Origin: Squalus acanthias
Taxonomy: Eukaryota
Direction: 5' to 3'
DNA length: 64,000 bases
Assembly (NCBI GenBank): GCA_030390025.1
Contig: CM059431.1
Span: 102,364,001 to 102,428,000 of the forward strand
This document shows, in pieces, positions 12,060-23,310 of this stretch (positions are counted from its first letter, which is position 1; each line of letters begins with the position of its first letter). Both the position numbers and the translations under genes were made by a program. Under the pieces are notes generated by a model, which was not told where the DNA came from, did no database searches, and saw nothing but the letters and a program-made list of their open reading frames with translations.

Positions 12060-12425
12060 CGAAACCCTGCGGAGGCTGGAAATCTGAAATAACAACAGAA
12101 AATGCTGGAAATGCTCAGCGGGTCAGCCAGCGTCCGCGGAGAGAGAGAAACAGAGTCAACGCTTCAGGTCGGTGACCCTTCGTCAGAACTGGAAAAAGTT
12201 AGAGATTGTAACAGGTTTTTAAGCAAGTGTAGGGGCAGGGAAAGGGGGAGGGGGAGTGGTGGGGAGGAAAGGACAAAAAGGGATGGTGATAGGGTGGAAG
12301 GCAGGAGAGATTAAATGACAAAAGGGATGGTGGGGCAAGGCAAAAGGAGATGGGTAATGGGACAAGGAAAGAAACAAAGGATGGGTCTAGAGGAGGTGTA
12401 AATGGCAACAGCAGAATCATTACCT
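12060..12425 (-). mobile_element. Penelope-like element 3' end (second family) with degenerate hammerhead-like motif
   Basis: Homologous to 35802-36130, which lies downstream of the GIY-YIG coding remnant. Minus strand reads ctgacgaagggtcaccgacctgaagcgttgac. Confidence 0.6.
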
Positions 12426-12614
12426 TGCACTTGCTGTCTGAAAAAATGGGAGCAGTGATTGTGATCCGAAATAAAATGCATAACCTGAACACTGCAATTG
12501 CATTGCCCCTCTTTTACCAAGCCAGCGACACATCAGGTTCCAGTTCTGTTCAGGTCACCAGACCTGACTTGAACATATATCTCACTAACAGCAAATAAAT
12601 CATTAACCACATCA

Positions 12615-12900
12615 TCTGTTTCAGGTGTTGATTGAGGGATAAATATTGGCCAGGACACCGGGGAGAACTCCCCCTGCTCTTCTTTGAAATAGTGCCACGG
12701 GATCTTTTGTGTCCACCCGAGAGAGCAGACGGGTCCTCAGTTTAGCATCTCGTCTGAAAGATGGCACCTCCGACCGTGCAGCACTCCCTCAGCACTGCGC
12801 TGGGAGTGTCAGCCTGGATTTTTGTGCTGAAGTCTCTGGAGTGGGACTTGAAACCACAACCTTCTGATTCAGAGCGGAGAGTGCCGCCCACGGACACCGT
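12615..12900 (-). mobile_element. DeuSINE 5'/core fragment
   Basis: Similarity to other copies in the window. Confidence 0.8.
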
Positions 12901-13750
12901 AGCGCAGTAGAATTCCCTGGTTCCTCTGACCAACACTCCTCCCTAAACCAACACTACCGAAAAACAAATTGACAAAAGTCATTCATCTCATTGCTGTTCA
13001 TGGGGCAGTGCCAAGTCAGAACGGCCAGCACATTTCCAACAGTGAATTCCCTGCAAATAGTGACCCTTCTCTGAAGCGGAGGCATTTTCACACAACAAGG
13101 CGCTGTAGAACTGCAAGTATTGTTATACTGACAACTCCTCCATCAAAATGCATTGATCCACAAACTTCCCCAGACATTGCCTGCTAGGTTTGTTTCCTTG
13201 CAAATAAATTGTATGTGTGTGTGTGTTCTTCACAAACGGGGAATTAGACGAACATTATCTAGCAGCAAAGTATTTTCTGTGTGTTTAAATAACTCAGTTG
13301 GAGGCACAGCCCAGTAAATTAGTCTGTGCTGCACTATTTAGAGAATATTACTGATCTACAAACTACAAGTACACAAACGACTGTATTGTTGGAGCTACAA
13401 GTTGGTGTTATTTGCTCATGCATCTCAATTACCAATGATTCACATTCTGACACACCTTCAATTCTTTGCTTAATGCTTACTGGACAAGGAGGAGGCTGGG
13501 AAACGCCGACAGCCGCTATTCTCCCCACCCACACAGGCGAGGGTGCTCCTTCGTTTACTGGACCCGAGCGATACCTTCATCGGAGGCCAAAGGTTGGCCA
13601 GACGAATGGTGCTGGACCCATTGATTAGTTCAAAGGCAGCGAGGAGGCCATCACTCCGAGGAGCTCTGCACCGCCTGTCTGTGTAAAGGTGGTGGCTCCA
13701 TTGCCCTCTGCTTTCTTGGGAGACACTGCTAGCGGTAGTCAAGCATCAAC

Positions 13751-15971
13751 GGGCCGGATCTTGCTGGCGAGGGGCATCTAGCGCCCGGCATTGCCCCGTT
13801 AGTTAGACTTCTTCCCTCACCCTTCAGCCAGAAATGTTTTGGCTCGGTAACTTGCTGGGAGTGCGAGCTGATAACGGGGCGGCGAGGGCAACAGGGCATC
13901 TGGGACCTCGGTGAACGACGGGACCAACAGTCTGTCTCCTTAACCCATGAGATTAAAGGATTGAGAAAGAAACAGAGGAACGACGGAGAAGGAAACAGGG
14001 TGAATTAGAGTCAAATCAGGTAGAGAAAGAGGGTGGCAAATGTAACCCCACTATTTCAAAAAGGAGGGAAGAGAGAAAACAGGGAACTACAGACCGGTTA
14101 GCCTAACATCAGTAGTAGGGAAAATGCTAGAGTCGATTATAAAGGATGTGATAACAGGACACTTAGAAAATATCAACGGGATTAGACAAAGTCAACATGG
14201 ATTTATGAAAGGGAAATCGTGTTTGACAAACCTACTGGAGTTTTTTGAGGATGTAACTGGTAGAATAGCTCAGGGGGAACCAGTGGATGTGGTGTATTTG
14301 GATTTTCAGAAGGCCTTTGATAAAGTCCCACATAAGAGGTTAGTGTGCAAAATTAAAGCACATGGGATTGGGGGTAATATACTGGCATGGATTGAAAATT
14401 GGTTAACAGACAGGAAACAGAGAGTAGGAATAAATGGGTCTTTTTCAGGGTGGCAGGCGGTGACTAGTGGGGTACCACAGGGATCAGTGCTTGGGCCTCA
14501 GCTATTCACAATATATATCAATGATTTGGATGAGGGAACCAAATGTAATATTTCCAAGTTTGCTGACGACACGAAACTAGGTGGGATTGAGAGTTGTGAG
14601 GAGGATGCAAAGAGGCTTCAAGGTGATTTAGGCAAGTTGAGTGAGTGGGCAAATACATGGCAGATGCAGTATAACGTGAATAAATGTGAAGTTATCTATC
14701 CACTTCGGTAGAAAAACAGAAAGGCAGTGTATTATTTAAATGATAGATTGGGAAATGTTGATGTATAAAGGGACCTGGGAGTCCTTGTACACCAGTCACT
14801 GAAAGCAAACATGCAGGTGCAGCAAGCAGTTAGGAAGGCAAATGGTATGTTGGCCTTCATTGCAAGAGGATTTGAGTACAGGAGCAAGGATATCTTACTA
14901 CAGTTATACAGGGCCTTGGTGAGACCACACCTGGAGTACTGTGTGCAGTTTTGGTCTCCTTACCTAAGAAAGGATATACTTGCCATAGAGGGAGTGCTGC
15001 GAAGGTTCACCAGACTGATTCCTGGGATGGCAGGACTGTCTTTTGAGGAGAGATTGGGTCGACTAGGCCGGTATTCACTAGAGTTTAGAAGAATGAGAGG
15101 GGATCTCATTAAAACGTATAAAATTCTGACAGGGCTAGACAGAATCGATGCAAGGAGGATGTTTCCCCTGGCTGGGGGGTCTAGAACGAGGGGTCACAGT
15201 CTCAGGATACGGGGTAGGACATTTAGGACTGAGAGGAGGAGAAATTTCTTCACTCAGAGGGTGGTGAACCTGTGGAATTCTCTACCACAGAAGGCTGTGG
15301 AGGCCAAGTCACTGAATATATTTAAGAAGGAGATCGATAGATTTCTAGACACAAAAGGCATCAAGGGGTATGGGGCGAGAGCGGGAATATGGTATTGAGA
15401 TAGAGGATCAGCCATGATCATATTGAATGGCGGCAGGCTCGAAGGGCCGAATGGCCAACTCCTGCTCCTATTTTTCTATGTTTTCTAAATAAAGAGAGGG
15501 AAAGAAAGATTGGATTGAGAGAGAAAAAAGTAATAGAAAGGAAAAGTAATAATTTTTTTTTAAAATTTTACATTTTTTTAAATCTCTGAGAATTGACTAG
15601 CTGCAGGAATGAGTGTCCACAGTTTCAATTGTTCCCATTCTGGGCCGGAGAGGATGATTAGCATCGCATTAACAGTTATCACATTGTTAAAAAGGTACTT
15701 GCGCTCTTAATTACCAGCCCTAACTTTCTGCGGCGAGTTTAACGGGCAATTGATGCGCGAATCCAGCAAGTTGTTAAAAATACCGGGGAGGTTGAGGGCG
15801 AGATGCCGTTTGTGCGAAGCAAACAGCGGAGCGACGTAAATCCACCAGCGAGTTCTGCAGATTCGTAACTCACGGTGTATCTCTTCATCCCCTGAACTCG
15901 CTGGTCGATTTGCGAATTAATAACGGCGTGCGTCGTTAACGCACCATTCTTGTTCCACCCAGATCCGGCCC
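13751..15971. mobile_element. Non-autonomous DNA transposon (Harbinger-like TIR) carrying a nested CR1
   Basis: Perfect 11-bp TIR gggccggatct / agatccggccc; a purine-rich internal segment continues on both sides of the CR1. Confidence 0.55.
14030..15487 (+). mobile_element. 5'-truncated CR1 LINE, reverse transcriptase region, frameshifted
   Basis: QHGFMKGKSCLTNLLEFFE, YLDFQKAFDKVPH, GVPQGSVLGP, KFADDTKLG, LYRALVRPHLEYC; nearly identical 3' part at 62545-63097. Confidence 0.95.
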
Positions 15972-16354
15972 ACGGTCACATTGTGCCTCTCGGATCTCTC
16001 CTCCGTGGAGCAGTGTGTGTGTGGGCTGGGCAGCAGTGGGTCCTTTTCCTGTATCGTGCTTTCTAAAGTGTCCTGGGATAAATAAAATACATATGTAGCT
16101 CTCAAATCACCTGCGCTGAATGAGCAAATCTCTGATTTGTGTCACACACGGAGGTTTCAGGGGAGTAGTTTCGGGGCAAGTCTGTTTCTAATTGAATTTT
16201 AATTTCCCATGGGCACACAGTTGGCCTGTTTCTTGTGGGTATGAAGAATCATCTCTCAGCTAATTTGTAGCTGCATGCTCTCCTCGACTGCCCTCATGAC
16301 ACTGTTGGCAAGAAAGAACTTTTTTTTAAACTTGCATCTGCACAGCACCTTATC

Positions 16355-16785
16355 ACAGGTAGAAGGTTGTGGGTTCAAGTCCCACTCCAGAGACTTGAGC
16401 ACAAAATCCAGGCCGGCACTCCCAGTGCAGTGCTGAGGGAGCGCTACACTGTCGGAGGCGCCATCTTTCGGATGAGATGTTAAATCGAGGCTCCGTCTGC
16501 CCTCTCAGGTGGACGTAAAAAACCCCACGGCCACTATTTCGAAGAAGAGCAGGGGATTTCTCCCCGGTGTCCTGGGCCAATATTTATCCCTCAATCAACA
16601 TCACTAACACAGATTGTCTGCTCATTATCACATTGCTGTGTGTGGGAGCTTGCTGTGCGCAAATTGGCTGCCGCGTTTCCCACATTACAACAGTGACCAC
16701 ACTCTAAAAAGTACTGCATTGGCTGTAAAGCGCTTTGGGACGTCCTGAGGACGTGAAAGGCGCTATATAAATACAAGTCGTTCTT
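16355..16785 (+). mobile_element. DeuSINE (5'-clipped)
   Basis: B box, core and tail present. Confidence 0.85.
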
Positions 16786-16818
16786 CCGTTGCCCTTGCTT
16801 TATTTTTAAGAATAGTAC

Positions 16819-17046
16819 TGACATGAATCTTGTCATTCATGGGAAATGACTTATGACATAATACTGGGCGGCCTGCTGGTGGCGCTGTCCAGGGAGAGTA
16901 TAAATACTCGGGCATGGGCCCAGCTTGCTCAGGACATTCTTTAACAGGAACTAGTGAAGGACACAACTAGATCTCCATGTTGTAAAACAGTTGATTAAAG
17001 CTTTGTTTAACGCTCAGACCAAGTGCCTAGTAGTTTTCTTACGTCA
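16819..17046 (+). mobile_element. Solo-LTR-like element (228 bp)
   Basis: TGACA...CGTCA ends, perfect 5-bp TSD AGTAC, TATA-like gtataaata and polyA-like attaaa; inserted in an old DeuSINE. Confidence 0.7.
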
Positions 17047-17198
17047 AGTACCATGGGATCTTTAGCATCCACCCGAAGAGGCAGACGGGGCTCCGGTTTA
17101 ACAGCTCATTTAAGGACGACACCTCAGTACGGAGCAGGAGTATCAGTCTGGATTACGTAGTCAAGTCCTGGAGTGGGACCAGGCAGCAACATTTGGCG

Positions 17199-17281
17199 GT
17201 AGTCGTGGCTGAGTGGTTAAGACGATGGACTAGAGATCCATTGGGGTGTCCCCGCGCAGGGTCGAATCCTGTCGTACTACA
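17199..17281 (+). pseudogene. tRNA-Ser(AGA) pseudogene
   Basis: gtagtcgtggctgagtggttaagacgatggactagagatccattggggtgtccccgcgcagggtcgaatcctgtcgtactaca follows the recalled vertebrate tRNA-Ser(AGA) with its long variable arm. B box is mutated (gggtcga), there is an extra base in the acceptor stem and no T-run terminator. Confidence 0.85.
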
Positions 17282-17598
17282 GGTGTAATTGTGTGGTCTG
17301 AAATAGCTCGTCTGGTCTGGAACTCACTGCCTGAAAGGGTGGGAGAGGCAGAAACCCTCATTGCATTTAACCTGCAGGGCTACGGACCAAGAGCTGGAAA
17401 GTGGGATTAGGCTGGATAGTTCTTTTTCAGCCGGCACAGACACGATGGGCCGAATGGCCTCCTCCTGTGCCGTAAACTTCTAGGATTCTAGGATTTTATG
17501 GTGTTTGAACCCTCAATATTCTGATTTCGAGGCAACAGTGCCAGCAACTGAAGCAAGTTGACGTTAAGCTGCAGTAGTCGGGGTAGTACCAAGTCGTG

Positions 17599-17825
17599 TG
17601 ACGTAAGAAAACTACTAGGCACTTGGTCTAAGCGTTAAACAAAACTTTAATCAACTGTTTTACAACATGGAGGTCTAGTTGTGTCCTTCACTAGTTCCTG
17701 TTAAGAATGTCCCACGCAAGCTGGGCCCGTGCCCGAGTATTTATACTCTCCCTGGACAGCGCCACCCGCAGGCCACTCAGTATTATTTCATGAGTCTTTC
17801 TTTCATGAATGACAGATTCATGTCA
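17599..17825 (-). mobile_element. Second solo-LTR-like element, inverted relative to 16819-17046
   Basis: End-to-end reverse-complement similarity with scattered differences. Confidence 0.7.
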
Positions 17826-17994
17826 TCACACAAGGCAGCAATTGGGAGGCGATAATTTGCTTCAGGCTCACTGGGCTAGTGAGGGTGGAACATTAGCCAG
17901 CGTTCCCGCTATTGATGGCTATCATGGGACATCCGCTGGAAAGTGAGCTTGTGTGGATGTCAGGTGGGAACAGGAACAAATTTGGTTTAACAAA

Positions 17995-18485
17995 ACTCGG
18001 CTGCCCCGTGTCCTAACTCGCACCAAGTCCTGCTCACCCATCACCCCTGTGCTCGCTTGGCTCCTGGTTAAGCAACGCCTCGATTTTAAAATTCTCATCC
18101 TTGTTTTCAAATCCCTCCATGGACTCGACCCCCCCCCTCCCTATCTCTGTAACCTCTCCAGTCCCACAACCCCGCGATCTCTGCACTCCTCCAATTCTGG
18201 CCTGTTGCGCCTCCCCGATTTTCATCGCTCCACCATTGGCGGCCGTGCCTTCAGCTGCCTGGGCCCTAAGCTCTGGAATTCCCTCCCTAAACCTCTCTGT
18301 CTCTCTACCTCTCCTCCTTTACGACGCTCCTTAAAACCTACCTCTTTGACCAAGCTTTTGGTCACTTGCCCTAATATCTCCTTATGTGGCTCGATGTCAG
18401 GTTTGGTTTGATAAACGCTCCTGTGAAGCGCCTTGGGATGTTTTATTGCATTAAAGGCGCTGTATAAAGACAAGTTGTTGTTGTT
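17995..18485 (+). mobile_element. L2-like LINE 3' fragment
   Basis: PITPVLAWLLVKQRLDFKILILVFKSLHG...GGRAFSCLGPKLWNSLP and (ttg)n tail. Confidence 0.85.
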
Positions 18486-18811
18486 TATGCTGCCTTTCAC
18501 GGTGAAATAGCCTGACTCTATCAGTGTGAACCCTTCGATGAGCTACAGGAGGTTGGAACTATACCAGAAGGAGCCAGCACTTCAAAAGAGAAAAATAATT
18601 TTAAAAAAAGGAGAAAAGTGACGGGGAAAAAATCTGAGTCACTACTTGTCAAACTGCACTTTCCTCATTTCATTTGACTTCTTGACCTGACCGCTGACCT
18701 TGTTGTACTTGTCACAAAATCAATAAGACAATTTTCCCCCTCCTTTCATATGCAAGCAGTGACCTAACCTCTGGCACAGTTTCATGGACTATTAAGCCCA
18801 GGTTGTGAATC

Positions 18812-19257
18812 TCATAGAATCCTACAGCACAGGAGGAGGCCATTTGGCCCATCGTGCCTGTGCCGGCTCTTTGAAAGAGCTCTCCAATTAGCCCCATTCC
18901 CCCTGCTCTTTCCCCGTAGCCCTGCAAATTTTTTCCCCTTCAAGTATTTATCCAATTCCCTTTTGAAAGTTACTATTGAATCTGCTTCCACCGCCCTTTC
19001 AGGCAGCGCATTCCAGATCACAACAACTCGTTGTGTAAAAAAAATTCTCATCTCCCCTCTGGCTCTTTTGCCAATTACCTTAAATCTGTGTCCTCTGGTT
19101 ACCGACCCTCCTGCCAGTGGAAAAAGTTTCTCCCGATCCACTCTATCAAAACCCCATATAATTTTGAACACCCCTATTGAATCTCAGCTTAACCTTCTCT
19201 GCTCGAAGGAGAACAATCCCAGCTTCTCCAGTCTCTCCACATAACTGAAGTCCCTCA
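18812..19257 (-). mobile_element. CR1 LINE 3' fragment
   Basis: FKIIWGFDRVDREKLFPL...FFTQRVVVIWNALP. Confidence 0.85.
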
Positions 19258-19528
19258 ATGATGAAGATGGGACCTCATGATCTGTACAATGACTTTTGTA
19301 GTACGCCAAGTGTTGCCTTTATCCACCAGGGCCATCAGATGAGTTGCCAACCTGGCTGACATATCACATGACAGAGAACATTGATCAACAAACAGAAATG
19401 GCAAATTGATGCAAATTAACAATACCATAGGATACAGGGAGATCTGAGGGAGAAAGGAATAGAAGGATATGTTGATAAGGTGAGATGAACCAAATAGAGT
19501 GGGAGGAGGCTCGTGCGCAGCATAAACA

Positions 19529-19765
19529 ATAAAATGATAAAAGGCAGTCAGAAAAGTAAACTGTAGTCGTCTGAGATTGTACGCTACACAGGCATTGTTC
19601 TCTGTCTATATATGCTTTGCCAATCTGTATTCCTTCACTTCACCTGATGAAGGAGCAGCGCTCCGAAAGCTTGTGATTTCAAATAAAACTGTTGGACTAT
19701 AACCTGGTGTTGTGCGACTTCTCACTTTTGTCCACCCCAGTCCAACACCGGCATCTCCGCATCAT
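19529..19765 (+). mobile_element. Penelope-like element terminal fragment
   Basis: 10-bp TSD agcataaaca; contains a hammerhead motif and aataaa; related copies at 25319, 31030, 31526 and 35542. Confidence 0.7.
19640..19676 (+). ncRNA. Minimal type I hammerhead ribozyme motif
   Basis: tcac-CTGATGA-a-ggagc/agc/gctcc-GAAA-gctt-gtga: core, stem II, palindromic stem III and stem I. Confidence 0.7.
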
Positions 19766-19969
19766 AGCATAAACACCAGCATTGGGCCGAATGGCCTGTT
19801 TCTGTGCTGTAAATTCTATGTAATTCTATGCAAATAAGCTGCCTGGTGTGGTACTGAGCCACCCTCTGCACAGCCCTAACAATATACCTGAACTGTACCC
19901 TCAGAAGAGCACGAACATTTCCCGCATTACTGTGACCTCTCCGAGATGGACGGCCAAATTATGGGCAGT

Positions 19970-20822
19970 GGGGCACAGGTAGCATAGTGGCTATCTTACT
20001 GGACTAGTAATCCAGAGACCTAGACTAGTGATCTGAAGACATGAGTTCAAATCCCACCACGGCAGATGGGGAATTTAAATTCAGTTACTTAAATAAAAGA
20101 AAGACTTGCATTTATATAGCGCCTTTCACGACCACCGGACGTCCCAAAGTGCTTTACAGCCAATGAAGTATGTTTTTTGAAGTGTAGTCACTGTTGTAAT
20201 GTAGGAAACGCAGCAGCCAATTTGCTCACAGCAAGCTCCCACAAACAGCAATGTGATAATGGCCAGATAATCTGTTTTTTTAGCGATGTTGATTGAGGGA
20301 TAAATATTGGCCAGGACACTGGGAAGAACTCCCCTGCTCTTCTTCGAAATAGTGCCATGGGATCTTTTCTGTCCACCTGAGAGAGCAGACGGGGCCTCAG
20401 TTTAATGTCTTATCCGAAAGACAGCACCTCCGACAGTGCAGCACTCCCTCAGTACTGCACTGGAGTGTCAGCCTAGATTTTTGTGCTCAAGTCCCTGGGG
20501 TGAGGACTTGAACCCACAACCTTCTGACTCAGAGGCGAGGGTGCTACCCACTGAGCCACAGCTGACATATAAAAAGCTAGCATCAGTAATGATGACCATG
20601 AAACTACTGGATTGTCATAAAAACCCATCTGGTTCACCAGTGTCCTTTAGGGAAGGAAATCTGCCATCCTTACCCGGTCTGGCCTATATGTGACTCCAGA
20701 CCCACAGCAATGTGGTTGACTCTTAACTGCCCTCTGAAATGGCGGCTCACCACCACAAGGGCAATTAGGGATGGGCAATAAATGCCGGTCTTGCCAGCGA
20801 CGCCCACATCCCGTGAATGAAT
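19970..20822 (+). mobile_element. tRNA-derived SINE with CR1-family 3' tail, interrupted by a minus-strand DeuSINE (20095-20567)
   Basis: tagcatagtgg...gagttcaaatccc head; tail gggatgggcaataaatgccggtcttgccagcgacgcccacatcc shared with the CR1 at 56680-57178; second copy at ~53820-54160. Confidence 0.7.
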
Positions 20823-21169
20823 GAGAAAAAAGCTTTGCGTTGTGGGGGCGGAGAGGGGACCAGAGCTGAAACTGACCAAACTTATCATTTAACTTCGGGC
20901 CCTTACAATCAGCATCGCAGCATTCTGGGCTGGATTCAATCCCAGGTTCCAGAGGTGGCCACCCAGCATTCCCAACCAGGAAACCACTTATTCCTTCCAC
21001 ACACAGACAGATCAGTCGTGACTTCCCAGTAGCCGCCATTAACCTTTGAGTTGATATAGAGATAAAATAGAAATGGCTTGTGAACGATTAGATAAAATCT
21101 ATGTTGCAAATAATCATATTTGCATATGCAAATTATCCTCCAAGGCGGGTAAAGGCAGTTCTTAGAAAG

Positions 21170-21518
21170 AGCTTTACAGCCAATTTGCGCACAGCAAGCT
21201 CCCACAAGCAACAATGTGATAATGACCAGATAATCTGTTTTTGTTATGTTGGTTGAGGGATAAATATTGGCCCCAGGAAACCGGGGAGAACCCCGCTGCT
21301 CTTCTTCCGAAATAGCGCCGTGGGATCTTTAACGCCCACCTGAGAGAACAGACGGGACCTCGGTTTAATGCCTCATCCGAAAGACGGCACCTCCGACAGT
21401 GCAGCACTGCACTGGAATGTCAGCCTAGCTTTATGTGCTCAAGTCCCTGGAGTGGGACTTGAACCCACAACCTTCTGACTCAGAGGCGAGTGTGCTACCA
21501 ACTGAGCCACAGCCGACA
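21170..21518 (-). mobile_element. DeuSINE
   Basis: Similarity to other copies. Confidence 0.85.
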
Positions 21519-22537
21519 CTACACTTATGACGTAGAACGTTAGCACAGAAACAGGCCATTCGGCCCAACTGGTCCGTGCCGGTGTTTATGCTCCACACGA
21601 GCCTCCTCCCACCCCTCTTCATCTCACCCTATCAGCATATCCTTCTATTCCTTTCTCCCTCATGTGTTTATCTAGCTTCCCTTTAAATGCATCTATGCTC
21701 TTCGCCTCAACCACTCCCGGTGGTAGCGAGTTCCACATTCTCACCACTTACTCATTGTATCCTATGGTATTGTTAATTTGCATCAATTTGCCATTTCTGA
21801 TTGCCGATCAGTGTTCTATGTCATGTGATATGTCAGCAATGTTGGCAACTCATCAGTTATGGGGAGAGACTGGAGAAGCTGGGGTTGTTCTCCTTAGAGC
21901 AGAGAAGGTTAAGGGGAGATTCAATGGAGGTGTTCAAAATTACGAGGGGTTTTGATAGAGAAAATAGAGAGAAACTATTTCTACTGGTGGGAGGGTCAGT
22001 TATCAACATAACCTTCTATTCCTTTCTCCCTCCTGTGTTTATCCAACTTCCTCTTAAATGCATCTGCGCTATATGTTCCAAGTCATTAATAAAAATATGA
22101 AAAAGTTCGCACCATGCGTGGCTACCCCAACAGTTTGGCTAGTCTATCGCTGCTACACAGACCAAGGTCCCAAATTCGGTTGCCGAGTTAGTTGATTGCC
22201 GCTGGGACGGCTTCAGTGCCCCTGGGTTAAGTAGGTGCAAACACGCCTGGGCTTCCTACTTCTGACTGCTGTTTGGGTACCTGTGCTAGAAATTACCCAG
22301 GCGAGGGGAAGATCGGGCGGAGACGAACAATCGCACTGGTGTGCATTCGTCCGACTGCTGGCCTTCATCTAAGACGGCCTTCCCCTCACCCCCCACCACC
22401 CCCCCCCCACCCCCGGCATCACTGACATCCGTGAACGGCAGCCAGTTGGGTGCCTTGTGCCTACACAGCAGGATCCCAGTAAATAGGCAACACCGTCAGG
22501 TGAGGAAAGACCGGCGAAGAGAATTGATGGGGAAATA

Positions 22538-23310
22538 AACAACAACAACAACAACAACTTGTATTTATATAGCGCCTTTAACGTAGTAAAACGTCCCACG
22601 GCGCTTCACAGGAGCGATTATCAAACAAAATTTGACACCGAGCCACATAAGGAGATATTAGGGCAGGTGACCAAAAGCTTGGTCAAAGAGGTAGGTTTTA
22701 AGGAGCGTCTTAAAGGAGGAAAGAGAGGTAGCGAGGCGGACAGGTTTAGGCAGGGAATTCCAGAGCTTAGGGCCGAGGCAACAGAAGGCACGGCCACCAA
22801 TGGTTGAGTGATTATAATCAGGGATGCTCAAGAGGGCAGGATTAGAGGAGCGCAGATATCTCGGGGGGGGTTGTGGAGCTGAAGGAGATTACAGGGATAG
22901 GAAGGGGCGAGGCCATGGAGGGATTTGAGAACAAGGATGAGAATTTTGAAATCGAGGCGCTGCTTAACCGGGAGCCAGTGTAGGTCAGCGAGCACAGGAG
23001 AGATGGGCTCAAAAACACAAAAAATTCACACTACAAACATTTCTTCCCACTCCCCCACCCCAGTTATAACAACAATTTGTATTTATATAGCGCCTTTAAT
23101 AGTAGTAAAATGTCCCAAGGCACTTTACAGGAGCGATTATCAAACAAAATTTGACACCAAGCCACATAAGGAGATATTAGGACAGGTGACCAAAAGCTTG
23201 GTCAAAGAGGTAGGTTTTAAGGAGCGTCTTAAAGGAGGAGAGAGAGGTAGAGAGGCAGAGAGGTTTGGGGAGGGAATTCCAGAGCTTAGGACCCAGGCAG
23301 CTGAAGCCTT
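22538..23310 (-). mobile_element. Two L2-like LINE 3' ends (22538-23008, 23068-23310)
   Basis: (caa)n tails and the L2 C-terminal motif on the minus strand. Confidence 0.8.

Noticed and set aside
14030..15487. Active autonomous LINE
   Set aside because: 5'-truncated, lacks the endonuclease and is frameshifted near 14700.
17199..17281. Functional tRNA-Ser gene
   Set aside because: B-box and D-stem substitutions, acceptor-stem insertion and no oligo-T terminator.
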